A stretch of 64,000 nucleotides of DNA from Nitrososphaerota archaeon (GCA_028867755.1 JAGWFT010000001.1:1092727-1156726); one strand, 5' to 3'. Positions 1-10,996 are shown, counted from the stretch's first letter. Translations and numbers: made by a program. The notes: generated by a model from the sequence alone, not told the origin.

Positions 1-5
1 CCATA

Positions 6-1241
6 ATGCCTGGAATTTACGAAGGAAAACAAGTCACAGTTCAAGACGTTTACGAAGCAGTAGGGGCATATGATGCAGGACAGCTAACTCTTGAGGCGCT
101 CAAGAATTTGGAGAACGTAGCATGCCCAAACGCTGGCTCTTGTGGAGGCATGTACACTGCAAATACAATGGCATCGATTAGTGAAGCCATTGGAATTGCA
201 TTGCCTGGAAGCGCATCTCCTCCTGCAGAAGATCCTAGAAGAGAGAAAATTGTCTACCAAAGCGGCAAGGCAGTCATGAACTTGCTTGAAAATGGAATAA
301 GGCCAAAAGACATTCTTACATATGAGGCATTTGAGAATGCAATAACTATTGCTAATGCCATAGGTGGTTCTACAAATGCAGTATTGCATCTTCTAGCACT
401 ATCTAGAGAAATCGGCATAAACTTGACCCTTGAAGATTTTGAAAAAGTGAGAAAACGCACACCGCATATTGCAGATATGAGGCCTGGGGGATTTTATGTC
501 ATGCTAGATCTTGATAAGATAGGCGGAATTCCTCTAATAATGAAAAGTCTGCAGAAAAAAAATCTCTTAAATGGAAATGCATTGACTGTCACAGGAAAGA
601 CAATGAAGCAAAATTTGGATTCCATACAACTTTCTTTTGATGAGAATCAAAAAGTACTAAAACCTATAGAAGCACCAATTCACAGTGTAGGAACTCTAAC
701 CATACTTCGAGGAACCCTTGCTCCAGATGGAGCTGTTGTCAAAGTAGCTGGAATGCATACAACAGAATTTCGAGGAAAAGCCAGAGTATTTGACAGAGAG
801 GAAGATGCATTTGACGCAATATCAAAACGCGAGATTAAGGAAAATGATGTAGTTGTTATCAGGTATGAGGGTCCAAAGGGTGGCCCAGGTATGAGAGAGA
901 TGCTCGGAGTCACAGCTGCACTGGTTGGACAAAAATTAGGTGAGAAGGTAGCACTTGTTACAGATGGAAGATTCTCAGGTGCCACTAGAGGTTTAATGAT
1001 AGGGCATGTATCTCCAGAAGCTGCAGTTGGCGGAAACATTGCATTGGTAAAAGACGGCGATGAAATTATAATCAACATTGAAAAGAACAGTATAGATATC
1101 ATGGTACCAGAAAATGAACTTGCAGAACGCAGAAAGCAATGGAAGCCAAGAAAACCAAATTATGAAAAAGGCGCATTGGCAAAATTTGCCTCACTTGTCA
1201 CCTCAGCATCTGAAGGGGCAATAACAAAACCCAAGTGGTAG
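6..1241 (+). CDS. ilvD: Dihydroxy-acid dehydratase, 5'-truncated by the window edge
   Basis: [38 protein letters not shown] and TDGRFSGAT motifs of the IlvD/Edd family. Confidence 0.95.
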   Translation: MPGIYEGKQVTVQDVYEAVGAYDAGQLTLEALKNLENVACPNAGSCGGMYTANTMASISEAIGIALPGSASPPAEDPRREKIVYQSGKAVMNLLENGIRPKDILTYEAFENAITIANAIGGSTNAVLHLLALSREIGINLTLEDFEKVRKRTPHIADMRPGGFYVMLDLDKIGGIPLIMKSLQKKNLLNGNALTVTGKTMKQNLDSIQLSFDENQKVLKPIEAPIHSVGTLTILRGTLAPDGAVVKVAGMHTTEFRGKARVFDREEDAFDAISKREIKENDVVVIRYEGPKGGPGMREMLGVTAALVGQKLGEKVALVTDGRFSGATRGLMIGHVSPEAAVGGNIALVKDGDEIIINIEKNSIDIMVPENELAERRKQWKPRKPNYEKGALAKFASLVTSASEGAITKPKW

Positions 1242-1255
1242 TCTACATTACATCT

Positions 1256-1471
1256 TTAGTACTTTGGAATATGGTATTGACAGAAAAAGCGCATCTTTTG
1301 CCCTGTCTGTTTGGCAGTTACTGAAATCCCATCTTCTAGGCCTTTATCACATATAGTACATACTGCCTCTTTCACTGTTGTTTTTACTGACGCTTTTCTT
1401 TTTAAGAAATATAGATCTTGAAAAAGTAGAGCATTACTACTATTTGCTCGCCGAGCCAGTACCTGAGACAT
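1256..1471 (-). CDS. Small putative zinc-binding protein (CxxC...CxxH)
   Basis: 71-aa ORF with CTIC and CQYH, filling the gap between ilvD and the trp promoter region; start uncertain. Confidence 0.55.
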   Translation of the reverse strand: MSQVLARRANSSNALLFQDLYFLKRKASVKTTVKEAVCTICDKGLEDGISVTAKQTGQKMRFFCQYHIPKY

Positions 1472-1544
1472 GCATTATAGATCGTCCCCAGCGCATATAA
1501 AGGTACCGTACCATACCGTAACTTCCACTTGTAAGGTAGCTTAA

Positions 1545-1553
1545 TTTTAAATA
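1545..1553 (+). promoter_or_regulatory. Probable archaeal TATA box of the trp operon
   Basis: TTTTAAATA about 27-35 nt upstream of the trpE GTG. Confidence 0.45.
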
Positions 1554-1579
1554 TAGATAGAACCGAATGATTCGTATGG

Positions 1580-2935
1580 GTGGCCACATTTGGACATTCG
1601 AACCTTAAGATAGTACCCCTAGATTATTCTGGCTCCCAATTTGATCTGTATAACAAAATCTCTAGGAACTTTGAGTATTCATTTCTCTTTGAATCATTAA
1701 CTGGACCTGAAGAGCTAGCAGAAACATCAATCATGGGGTTTGACCCTTCAGTTATAGTCAAAGGTTTTGCAGATAGAATAACACTTCATTACAAAAATGG
1801 TACAACTACTGTCATCAAGACAAAAGATCCACTATCAGAGATCAAAAAATTACTTCATCAGGTTCCAGATCAGAAATACAGATACGTTGGCGGAGCAGTA
1901 GGGGTCATCAACTATGACGCTATCAGATTGTGGGAAAAAATTCCAGATTCACATAACAAAAATAACTCACCTGTAATGGAATTTGGAATTTATGATGACG
2001 GGATTATTTATGACAATAAAGAAAAAAAATCATTTTATCTCTATTATGATATAAACAGAATACAAAGACTTTCTTACAACGATACCAACTTTGGAGAGTT
2101 TTCCATGTCAGACGTTGAAGAAAATCTAGACAAGGAATATTTTGAGAACATGGTAAAGAAAGCAAAAAAGTACATACACGATGGAGATATTTTTCAGGTC
2201 GTACTTTCAAGAAAATTTAATTTTAGTGCTAATGGGGATTTACTGAAAGTCTACAAATCACTCAGACAAGTTAATCCATCTCCCTACATGTATCATATAA
2301 AATTAAACAATAAAACCATGATAGGATCTAGTCCAGAAATGTTATTACGTATTACTGGAAACACTGCTGAAACTTTCCCTATAGCTGGAACAAGGCCAAT
2401 TACAGACGATGAAAAAAAGAACGAGTCTATGAAGGAAGAATTACTACATGATGAGAAAGAATTAGCAGAACATACCATGTTAGTAGACCTAGGTCGCAAC
2501 GATATTGGACGGGTTTGTAAATACGGCTCGGTGCACGTAAAGGATCTCATGGCAGTAAAGAGATTCAGCCATGTACAGCACATAGTTACCCACGTAGTGG
2601 GTACACTTGATAAAAAATACGACATGTTTGACGCAGTCAAGGCAGTATTTCCCGCTGGTACTGTTTCTGGTGCTCCAAAGATAAGGGCAATGGAAATAAT
2701 AGATGAATTAGAACCAGATGCAAGAGGCCCTTATGCTGGAGCTATAGGATATTTCTCTTTTAATGGATGCTGTGATTTTGCAATTGCAATAAGAACAATT
2801 TTCATGGATGGAACTCAAGGTTTTATCCAAACAGGTGCAGGAATTGTTTCTGATTCAGTATCAGAGAATGAATGGATGGAAACTCAGCACAAGGCAAATG
2901 CAATGATATCAGCCCTAAAGGAGGCCACCAGATGA
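1580..2935 (+). CDS. trpE: Anthranilate synthase component I
   Basis: GDIFQVVLS, SPYMY, GSSPE, PIAGTR, EHTMLVDLGRND, FPAGTVSGAPK motifs; first gene of the trp cluster; GTG start. Confidence 0.93.
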   Translation: MATFGHSNLKIVPLDYSGSQFDLYNKISRNFEYSFLFESLTGPEELAETSIMGFDPSVIVKGFADRITLHYKNGTTTVIKTKDPLSEIKKLLHQVPDQKYRYVGGAVGVINYDAIRLWEKIPDSHNKNNSPVMEFGIYDDGIIYDNKEKKSFYLYYDINRIQRLSYNDTNFGEFSMSDVEENLDKEYFENMVKKAKKYIHDGDIFQVVLSRKFNFSANGDLLKVYKSLRQVNPSPYMYHIKLNNKTMIGSSPEMLLRITGNTAETFPIAGTRPITDDEKKNESMKEELLHDEKELAEHTMLVDLGRNDIGRVCKYGSVHVKDLMAVKRFSHVQHIVTHVVGTLDKKYDMFDAVKAVFPAGTVSGAPKIRAMEIIDELEPDARGPYAGAIGYFSFNGCCDFAIAIRTIFMDGTQGFIQTGAGIVSDSVSENEWMETQHKANAMISALKEATR

Positions 2936-3519
2936 AATTTTTAATCATTGATAATTATGATTCGTTTGTGTATAACATAGCTCAGCTTTTAGGCGAACTT
3001 GGAGTAGATTCTGATGTAATTAGAAATGACAAGATAACGCTAGACGAAATTAGAAAAGGAAATTATGATGCAATAATTATTTCACCAGGGCCGGGAACAC
3101 CAGAAGATGAAAAATATTTTGGAATTTGCACCAAGGTGATAAGAGAATTGGGCCCAACAAAACCAATCCTAGGGGTTTGCTTGGGTCATCAGGGAATAAT
3201 ACACGCATTTGGAGGAAAAGTCGTAAATGCAGTAAATGTGCGACATGGAAAAACTAGCCCTGTAAAACATCATGAATCTCCATTATTTGAGGGAGTTCAA
3301 AATCCATTCAGAGCTACAAGATATCACTCACTTGTAGGAGACAAAACAATAATTCCTGATGAGCTTAAAATTACTGCAGTTGCACAAGACGATGAGGAGA
3401 TAATGGCCATAAGCCACAAGAAATATCTCATCGAGGGAGTTCAATTCCACCCAGAATCAATCATGACAGGAGAGGGCAAAAAAATATTGAGTAATTTCAT
3501 AAAGTTGATCAAAAAATGA
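2932..3519 (+). CDS. trpG: Anthranilate synthase component II (glutamine amidotransferase)
   Basis: IDNYDSF, SPGPG, GVCLGHQ, QFHPES; start moved to the ATG at 2932, which overlaps the trpE stop (ATGA). Confidence 0.95.
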   Translation: MKFLIIDNYDSFVYNIAQLLGELGVDSDVIRNDKITLDEIRKGNYDAIIISPGPGTPEDEKYFGICTKVIRELGPTKPILGVCLGHQGIIHAFGGKVVNAVNVRHGKTSPVKHHESPLFEGVQNPFRATRYHSLVGDKTIIPDELKITAVAQDDEEIMAISHKKYLIEGVQFHPESIMTGEGKKILSNFIKLIKK

Positions 3520-4562
3520 TTTCAGAAACAATAACAAAACTTTCGCATAATCAAGATCTTAGCTACGATGAGATGCTCAATGTCATGAATGAGGTACTTG
3601 ATGGCAAGATCTCTGTTCAAGAGACTGCGAATTTTCTCAAAAATCTTACTGCAAAAGGCGAATCAAATGAGGAGCTCTTGGCGATGCTTGATACAATGCA
3701 AAAATACGCCATACACATAGAACCAAAATGCCGTGGAAGGATAATTGATGTCTGCGGTACTGGAGGAGACAAAATGCACACATTTAACGTATCAACGACT
3801 GCTGCATTTGTTATTGCAGCAGGAGGAGTAAGTGTAGCAAAGCATGGAAACAGGTCAACTTCCGGTATAAGTGGTAGTGCTGACATATTCGAATATTTTG
3901 GATATGATATCAATATGGAACCAAAGAAAATTAGAGAGATAATTGAAAAATTCAATATTGGTTTTATGTATGCACAAAAATTTCATCCAGCCATGAAAAA
4001 TGTTGCAGAGGCAAGAAAGTTGTTAGAAGTAAGAACTGCTTTTAACTTACTTGGTCCCCTGAGTAATCCTGCCCAAGTCAGAAATCAACTTGTAGGTGTA
4101 TTCTCACCAGACTATTTGCAACGAATCGTAACACTACTGCAGTCAAGAGGAGCAGAGAATGTAATGACTGTAATCTCTAATGATGGACTAGATGAGCTAT
4201 CAACCACTTCAAAAAATCAAATATATCTTTTAAAAAATTCCGAAACTCACAATTTCATACTAGATCCAGCAGAACTTGGATTAGCAAAAGCAAATCTTAA
4301 GGACATACAAATATCAACAAAAGACGAGGCAATTAGATCATTTATTTCAGTTCTAAATGGAACCGGAAAAAAATCAATGATAGATATTACAGCGTTAAAT
4401 GCAGCAGCTGGATTTATTGTGGGAGGCATATCAGATAAGTTTGACGAGGCTTTGGAAATTGCATTTGACGTAATACATACTGGAAAGTCATTTGACCTTT
4501 TTAGGAATTTTATCAAATATTGTGGAAATATTAGCAAAGTGGAGGAGCTTGAGAACAAATGA
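3516..4562 (+). CDS. trpD: Anthranilate phosphoribosyltransferase
   Basis: DVCGTGGD, FNVST, KHGNRS, RTAFNLLGPL, GLDE motifs. Confidence 0.95.
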   Translation: MISETITKLSHNQDLSYDEMLNVMNEVLDGKISVQETANFLKNLTAKGESNEELLAMLDTMQKYAIHIEPKCRGRIIDVCGTGGDKMHTFNVSTTAAFVIAAGGVSVAKHGNRSTSGISGSADIFEYFGYDINMEPKKIREIIEKFNIGFMYAQKFHPAMKNVAEARKLLEVRTAFNLLGPLSNPAQVRNQLVGVFSPDYLQRIVTLLQSRGAENVMTVISNDGLDELSTTSKNQIYLLKNSETHNFILDPAELGLAKANLKDIQISTKDEAIRSFISVLNGTGKKSMIDITALNAAAGFIVGGISDKFDEALEIAFDVIHTGKSFDLFRNFIKYCGNISKVEELENK

Positions 4563-5335
4563 AAAATGTTCTAGAAAAACTTGCAGAAAACTCCCGAAGA
4601 GCGATAGATGAAGAAGTGTACAACATAGAATACCGACTGGAAAAATCAGATAAAAACATCATAAATGAGATTAAAAAAAATCCGCATGCATCACTCATAA
4701 CAGAGGTGAAATTTTCATCTCCATCGCTTGGCGACATACGACAAGTTTCCAACCCCTCCACAATTGCAAAGACAATGATTGAAGGAGGCGCCATTGGACT
4801 TTCAATTTTGACCCAGCCGTATCTTTTTAATGGATCGCCGAAGTACTTTGCAGAAATTAGAAAACAGATCAAAGCCCCCTTGTTGATGAAAGATATAGTT
4901 GTAGACAAGGTACAGATTGAAGCAGCAGAAAAACTGGGTGCAGACGTGGTGCTTTTAATTCAATCAATCTTTGACAAAAAGTACGCAAAAGAAATCGACG
5001 AATTTATAGAATATGCACATAAAAAGAATCTTCTTGTATTAATAGAATCACACACAAAAAAAGAATTTCTTGATTCTGCCAAGACGCAAGCTGACATACT
5101 TGGAATAAACAACCGTAATTTGGACACACTAGAAATCGATCTAAAAACTACAGAAACAATACTCAAAGACCAAAAAAAAGATGGTAGAATAGTCATATCT
5201 GAAAGTGGCATAGAAACTCCACAAGATATTATATTTCTCAGGCAATATGGTGCAGACGCCTTTCTTGTAGGTAGCAGCATCATGAAGAGTAAAGATATCA
5301 AGGGATTAGTTTCAAGTCTGGTGTCAGCAATATGA
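4559..5335 (+). CDS. trpC: Indole-3-glycerol-phosphate synthase (no TrpF fusion)
   Basis: [38 protein letters not shown]; 258 aa. Confidence 0.94.
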   Translation: MKNVLEKLAENSRRAIDEEVYNIEYRLEKSDKNIINEIKKNPHASLITEVKFSSPSLGDIRQVSNPSTIAKTMIEGGAIGLSILTQPYLFNGSPKYFAEIRKQIKAPLLMKDIVVDKVQIEAAEKLGADVVLLIQSIFDKKYAKEIDEFIEYAHKKNLLVLIESHTKKEFLDSAKTQADILGINNRNLDTLEIDLKTTETILKDQKKDGRIVISESGIETPQDIIFLRQYGADAFLVGSSIMKSKDIKGLVSSLVSAI

Positions 5336-6534
5336 AATTGGGATACCCAAAAAATGGCAAATTTGGAGAGTTTGGTGGTCGGTTTATACCTGAAACCTTG
5401 GTACCTGCAGTCGAAGAGCTAGAGCAGGCATATCTAAAATTCAAAGATAACAAGGATTTCAGACAGGAATTAGATTACTATTTAAAAGAATATGCTGGAA
5501 GACCCACACCACTTTACTTTGCCAAAAATCTCACCGAGTCTATCGGAGGCGCCAAGATATACCTAAAAAGAGAAGATCTTTTGCACGGCGGAGCACACAA
5601 GATCAACAATACCCTAGGACAAGGGCTATTAGCAAAGAGGATGAATAAGAAAAGAATCATCGCAGAAACAGGAGCTGGCCAACACGGAGTAGCAACTGCA
5701 ATGGCATGTGCATCCCTTGGACTACAATCCGAAGTGTACATGGGCTATAAAGATACACAGAGACAAAAATTGAATGTTTTCAGAATGAAACTTTTGGGTT
5801 CTATAGTACATCCTGTAAAAGACGGAACGCAGACACTCAAGGATGCTATCAATGAAGCCATACGAGATTGGATTACAAATGTAAAAACTACATATTATCT
5901 TTTAGGATCAGCAGTTGGGCCTCATCCATATCCGGTGATGGTCAGAGACTTTCAATCAGTGATAGGCAATGAAATATTATCACAGATGAAAGACTTGGAA
6001 AAGAAATCTCCTGACTCTGTAATAGCATGTGTGGGAGGAGGATCAAATGCAATTGGGACATTTTATCCACTCATTGACGAAAACACTCTCATGTTTGGAG
6101 TTGAAGCTGGTGGAGAGGGAATAAACACAGAACATCACTCTGCAACACTTGTAGCAGGATCTAAAGGAATTCTTCACGGCATGCTAACTTATCTTTTACA
6201 AGACAAGTACGGACAGATAAGAGATACACACAGCATAGCAGCAGGGTTGGATTACCCCGGAGTGGGTCCGGAACATTCCTATCTTAAAGATGCAAAGAGA
6301 GTAAAATATGATACAGTAAGTGATAATGATGCAATCCAGGCCTTCTTGATGCTTTCAAAACATGAAGGAATTATACCAGCCTTGGAATCATCGCATGCAG
6401 TAGCATATGCGATAAAGCAAGCAAAAAATATGTCAAAGAGTGAAACCATTGTAGTAACGCTATCTGGACGTGGTGACAAAGATGTTGAAGTCGTAGAGAA
6501 ATATTTGATGGAAAATGCCAAGAATTCAAGATAA
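5332..6534 (+). CDS. trpB: Tryptophan synthase beta chain
   Basis: [15 protein letters not shown] (PLP lysine), [26 protein letters not shown]. Confidence 0.97.
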   Translation: MKLGYPKNGKFGEFGGRFIPETLVPAVEELEQAYLKFKDNKDFRQELDYYLKEYAGRPTPLYFAKNLTESIGGAKIYLKREDLLHGGAHKINNTLGQGLLAKRMNKKRIIAETGAGQHGVATAMACASLGLQSEVYMGYKDTQRQKLNVFRMKLLGSIVHPVKDGTQTLKDAINEAIRDWITNVKTTYYLLGSAVGPHPYPVMVRDFQSVIGNEILSQMKDLEKKSPDSVIACVGGGSNAIGTFYPLIDENTLMFGVEAGGEGINTEHHSATLVAGSKGILHGMLTYLLQDKYGQIRDTHSIAAGLDYPGVGPEHSYLKDAKRVKYDTVSDNDAIQAFLMLSKHEGIIPALESSHAVAYAIKQAKNMSKSETIVVTLSGRGDKDVEVVEKYLMENAKNSR

Positions 6535-7321
6535 ACTTTCAGAGATGAAATCCAAGAACCAGAAGGCGCTTATAGCCTATGCTATGGCAGGCTATCCTAG
6601 TGAAAGCGGTACAATATCCATGGTTCGAGGACTGGTGCAAGGAGGAGCAGACATCATCGAACTCGGACTGCCATTTTCAGATCCTCTAGCAGATGGCCCA
6701 GTAATACAAAATGCAAGTTTTCTGGCATTACAGAAAGGCATGAATCTTGACAAATTTGTAAATCTAGTAAAAAAAATTCGAAAGGAAGCAGATATTCCAC
6801 TTGTCTTGATGACGTACGCAAATCTTTTGTATAGTCGCGGGTATGACAAGTTTATCTCAACTGTAAAAAAAGCCGGAATTGATGGCATCATATTACCAGA
6901 CATGTCAATCGAGGAAGCAGAAGGGTATCTTGAAATAGTTCATAAAAACAACATGGATGCCATCTTTCTCATATCCCCTAATACCTCAGAAGACAGGATA
7001 AAGAAAATTTCTGGTATGTCATCGGGTTTTATGTACCTAGTTTCCATATATGGCACAACTGGAGCACAGCAAAAATTTCAACAGTATACGCTTGACGCGA
7101 TAAGAAATGCAAAAAAGACATTAGGCGGCAAGATGCCTCTAGGAGTAGGTTTTGGGGTAAATAACGCAGATCAAGCAAAATTAATCCTGCAAACAGGCGC
7201 AGATGCAATAATTGTAGCAAGTGCATTTTTGCGATTAATTGAAAAAACGCCTCAAGCGAAGATCCAATCTAAAATCGCCTCATTTGCAAAAAATCTAAAA
7301 AAAGCAACTATCTCAGAATAA
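6515..7321 (+). CDS. trpA: Tryptophan synthase alpha chain
   Basis: [27 protein letters not shown]. Confidence 0.96.
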   Translation: MPRIQDKLSEMKSKNQKALIAYAMAGYPSESGTISMVRGLVQGGADIIELGLPFSDPLADGPVIQNASFLALQKGMNLDKFVNLVKKIRKEADIPLVLMTYANLLYSRGYDKFISTVKKAGIDGIILPDMSIEEAEGYLEIVHKNNMDAIFLISPNTSEDRIKKISGMSSGFMYLVSIYGTTGAQQKFQQYTLDAIRNAKKTLGGKMPLGVGFGVNNADQAKLILQTGADAIIVASAFLRLIEKTPQAKIQSKIASFAKNLKKATISE

Positions 7322-7352
7322 GAAATAAAAATAGCATCAATCCATCATAGAT

Positions 7353-8960
7353 ATGCAGACAGAAACGAGGTATATTTTTGTAACAGGCGGAGTCATGTCT
7401 GGACTTGGCAAGGGCGTAGTATCATCCTCTATTGCAAAACTCCTTCAGCTTTCAAACCAAAAAGTTTCTTGTATCAAGATTGACCCCTATCTAAATTACG
7501 ACGCAGGAACCATGAATCCAATTGCTCATGGCGAGGTATTTGTCACTGACGATGGCGGTGAATGCGATATGGATATTGGAAACTATGAGCGATTCCTAAA
7601 TCAAAGCATACCAAAAACCCACAATATTACTACAGCCCAGATATATTCAAGTGTAATAGAGTCTGAAAGACGAGGTGAATACTTGGGTGCTTGTGTCCAG
7701 ATAATACCTCATGTGACAGATGCCATAAAAGATAGAATTAGAAATATTGCAAAAAATGAAAACTTGGATGTCCTAGTGGTAGAATGCGGTGGAACTGTTG
7801 GCGATATTGAAAGCCTACCATTCCTAGAAGCGTTAAGACAGATGAGATTAGAGGAAGGATCAGATAAGATCATTTTTGTACATGTCACTCTAGCACCGTC
7901 TCTTGATGTAGTTGGCGAACAGAAAACAAAACCTACACAACATAGCGTACAAGAACTGAGAAGAATTGGTATCCAACCTGACTTGATGGCAGTAAGATGC
8001 AGCAGATTACTTGATACATCGGCAAAGAGAAAAATATCATTATTTTCTAATGTTTCTGAAAAAGACGTATTCTCGTGTCACGATGCAGAGTCCATACTGA
8101 CAGTACCACAAATGTTGTATGACCAAGGAATTGTTGATGTAATTTTTAAAAAGTTTGGCAAAGTAGGACTTGTAAACACATCAGCAAATTGGGACAAGTG
8201 GAATTCCATAGTAAATTCATTTGTCAATCTAAAAGACCAGGTAAGAATAGCTATGGTAGGCAAGTATGTCAAGTTAGCCGACAGCTATGTCAGTGTAAAT
8301 CACGCACTCAAACATGCCGGAGCAAAGATTGGCAAAAACGTTGCAATAGACTGGATTGACTCTGAAGAACTAAATGGCAGCATAGACAAGCTTTCCCAGT
8401 ATCAAGGAATTATCGTTCCAGGAGGATTTGGGGAAAGAGGGGCAGAAGGAATAATTAAAACAGCAAACTTTGCACGAGAAAAGAACGTACCATATCTTGG
8501 CATATGTTTTGGATTCCAGCTTGCAGCTGTTGCCTTTGGGCGTTATGTGTGCGGTTTATCAGATGCAAACTCAACTGAGATTAATCCAAATACAGAAAAT
8601 CCTGTCATTGATCTCCTACCAGAACAAAAATTCATCGAAAACAAGGGCGGGTCTTTGAGATTGGGAGCAAATGAGATCAAAGTGGACGATAGCACTCTTG
8701 GATTCAAACTCTACAAGTCAGCTACAATCTTCAAAAGACATAGACACAGATACGAATTTAACCAAAAATATCTAGAACTATTCAATACTAAGGGCCTCAG
8801 GTTTTCAGGATACAGTGACAACAAAAAACGTATGGAGATTCTTGAGATACCAAATCACAAGTTCTACCTAGGAGTTCAATTCCATCCAGAATTTAGTAGC
8901 AGACCAGGATATCCCGAAGAATCCTTTGAAGCCTTTATACGAGCAGCTTCTAGTGCCTAA
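7353..8960 (+). CDS. pyrG: CTP synthase
   Basis: TGGVMSGLGKG, KIDPY, GGTVGDIES, GICFG, RHRHRYE, QFHPEF. Confidence 0.97.
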   Translation: MQTETRYIFVTGGVMSGLGKGVVSSSIAKLLQLSNQKVSCIKIDPYLNYDAGTMNPIAHGEVFVTDDGGECDMDIGNYERFLNQSIPKTHNITTAQIYSSVIESERRGEYLGACVQIIPHVTDAIKDRIRNIAKNENLDVLVVECGGTVGDIESLPFLEALRQMRLEEGSDKIIFVHVTLAPSLDVVGEQKTKPTQHSVQELRRIGIQPDLMAVRCSRLLDTSAKRKISLFSNVSEKDVFSCHDAESILTVPQMLYDQGIVDVIFKKFGKVGLVNTSANWDKWNSIVNSFVNLKDQVRIAMVGKYVKLADSYVSVNHALKHAGAKIGKNVAIDWIDSEELNGSIDKLSQYQGIIVPGGFGERGAEGIIKTANFAREKNVPYLGICFGFQLAAVAFGRYVCGLSDANSTEINPNTENPVIDLLPEQKFIENKGGSLRLGANEIKVDDSTLGFKLYKSATIFKRHRHRYEFNQKYLELFNTKGLRFSGYSDNKKRMEILEIPNHKFYLGVQFHPEFSSRPGYPEESFEAFIRAASSA

Positions 8961-9953
8961 TTATTTTGGGACTTCGTAGATTCGTTGCCTAGTATCTCGA
9001 AGTGACACCCTTCTTTTTACATAGCCTTTATCAAGTAAATGCCTCAAGGCCAGTCTTACGGTTCTATCTGGAAGAAGAGTTTTTGTAACTAGTTCCTTTT
9101 GAGTAAGAGATCCTTCGTATTCTAGTGTTTTAAGTAACAATTTTGAGCTTGGTGGCATGTTTAAGAGATCGTCTGCAAGTTTTACTTTTTTTGTCAAGGC
9201 AGAAACTGTGGTCGAGTCTTTTTTCATACGAATGACATTGGCTGTCTGTGGAAATTTTGTAAATTCCACAATTTTATCAACCTTGAATCTATCTTTTCCA
9301 TCCATTACAACTTCACATCTTAGACTAGACGATATATCATCAACCTCGACAAAATTATCTTCTGGAACTATCAATGGTCGCCTTGTTATATCAAGAGAGT
9401 TTACTGAAACAATACAAAGCACCTTAGAGCCTTGATAGATTGCTGGCCCTCCAGCAGACATGGAATATGCAGAAGATCCAATAGGAGTCGATATTATCAA
9501 ACCATCACTGCTATCATGCCAAAACTCTTCTCCGTTTACTCGTAAAACGTGTTCTACCAGAGTAGCACTTTTTGAAGAAAAAATTGCCACGTCGTTTAGT
9601 GCTGGGTAGACATTTTTTCCATCAATCTTAACCCCAATTCTAGTCAAGTTCTCTATTGTAAAATCTCCTTTTTTTAGCCTGTTAAGATAAGTTGGAAATT
9701 CTTTAAGATCAGTTTGAGCAAGATATCCACTTGATTCAAACTCATTAATTCCTAAAACTGGAATTGTGCTGTTTATGAATCGATGAAAATATGATCTTAC
9801 CCCTCTATCTCCACCAGTTACAACCACATAATCAATCTCTTTTCCAAATGTTTTGTTAGTAAGAACATGTGATTCTATGCCGTGGCTTTCAAGCGATAGC
9901 TTAACTGATTTTACAGTCTGGTCTTGTTCTTGACTATAGATAGCCACTTTCAT
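8961..9953 (-). CDS. NAD-kinase-like domain fused to a C-terminal winged HTH
   Basis: GGDRG (variant of GGDGT), ALND, STPIGSSAYSMSAGG; last ~65 aa look like a MarR/TrmB-type wHTH; ATG at 9953 preferred. Confidence 0.85.
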   Translation of the reverse strand: MKVAIYSQEQDQTVKSVKLSLESHGIESHVLTNKTFGKEIDYVVVTGGDRGVRSYFHRFINSTIPVLGINEFESSGYLAQTDLKEFPTYLNRLKKGDFTIENLTRIGVKIDGKNVYPALNDVAIFSSKSATLVEHVLRVNGEEFWHDSSDGLIISTPIGSSAYSMSAGGPAIYQGSKVLCIVSVNSLDITRRPLIVPEDNFVEVDDISSSLRCEVVMDGKDRFKVDKIVEFTKFPQTANVIRMKKDSTTVSALTKKVKLADDLLNMPPSSKLLLKTLEYEGSLTQKELVTKTLLPDRTVRLALRHLLDKGYVKRRVSLRDTRQRIYEVPK

Positions 9954-9984
9954 ATCAAAGATGCAGTCCTTGCACAATAAAAGC

Positions 9985-10863
9985 CTAAACTTGAGAGAAC
10001 TTTACGAGGTTATACAAATAAGCAGCATTTTGTTGTATGGCACCAGAATTTGGGATTTTTGATAAACCTGTAGCTTTAGTGTCTAATGCAGCTTGAGCTG
10101 CTCCAACTGCAAAACAAATAGCCCATAGAGAATCTTTCTCTTTAAGATACGAACATGCAAATGCCGCACAGAATATGTCTCCTACGCCAGTTGTATCACC
10201 AATCACCATATTTGGAATGGTGAGATTATACAGCCTATCTTTCACTAGCATCGTTATGCTTTGTTTATTTGTGTAAAGAACATGTTTTACTCCTTTTTTT
10301 TGTAATGCAAGCATTGCCTCTTTTTCTCTTAGTCCAGTAAGATAGAAGGCTTCATCAGGATCTGTTTTAATTGCCGTTATTTTTGAGAGATCAAGTAATG
10401 TTTTTTCAAGATAAATTTTATTGTTATTATCAATTCTTCGTAAGAAACCTTGCGGATCAAATAGAAAAAAATCAGAATTGTCTCTTACTTGATCAAGTGT
10501 TTCTTCAGATACTTCATCAAAGACAGGGCTTACAATAAAACCATCAGCGTCAGAATTACTAAATTCTATTTGATCACATTTGGCTTTGAGATACAATTCT
10601 CTTTCCGTACCAGCAATATTTAGTAAAAAATGCGTAGTTGGATTACTAGAAGAAGAATTTGGCAGAAAAGTTAATCCTTTATTTTCAAGATCATGCTTGA
10701 ATTTAAAATCTGGGCCAACTCTAGTGTGTAATTCCACATCAAATTTCATATTTTTTGTAGTAAGTCCACAATAGGAAGCAGGTCCCCCAGGTGTTTCTAC
10801 TGTTTGCCCATTTCTTGATATCTCATCAATAGTGCAATGTGACAATATTGCAAGCTTCATCAA
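9985..10863 (-). CDS. PfkB/ribokinase-family kinase
   Basis: PGGPASY N-terminal motif, FLFDPQG, DTTGVGDIF anion-hole motif. Confidence 0.88.
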   Translation of the reverse strand: MMKLAILSHCTIDEISRNGQTVETPGGPASYCGLTTKNMKFDVELHTRVGPDFKFKHDLENKGLTFLPNSSSSNPTTHFLLNIAGTERELYLKAKCDQIEFSNSDADGFIVSPVFDEVSEETLDQVRDNSDFFLFDPQGFLRRIDNNNKIYLEKTLLDLSKITAIKTDPDEAFYLTGLREKEAMLALQKKGVKHVLYTNKQSITMLVKDRLYNLTIPNMVIGDTTGVGDIFCAAFACSYLKEKDSLWAICFAVGAAQAALDTKATGLSKIPNSGAIQQNAAYLYNLVKFSQV

Positions 10864-10885
10864 TTATTTTCAGATACCTTTCCAT

Positions 10886-10996
10886 TTAGTCCTTCTTCTG
10901 ACGCTGTCTTTGAAGGCATGGAAGACAGATTATCTGACGTTTTTCTATCACTACCTCCACATTGGAACTAAGACATACGTGGCACAAGCCCCGCAT
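10886..10996 (-). CDS. 36-aa CxxC...CxxC microprotein, not in the ORF track
   Basis: My translation: MRGLCHVCLSSNVEVVIEKRQIICLPCLQRQRQKKD*; ATG at 10996, TAA at 10888-10886. Confidence 0.55.
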   Translation of the reverse strand: MRGLCHVCLSSNVEVVIEKRQIICLPCLQRQRQKKD

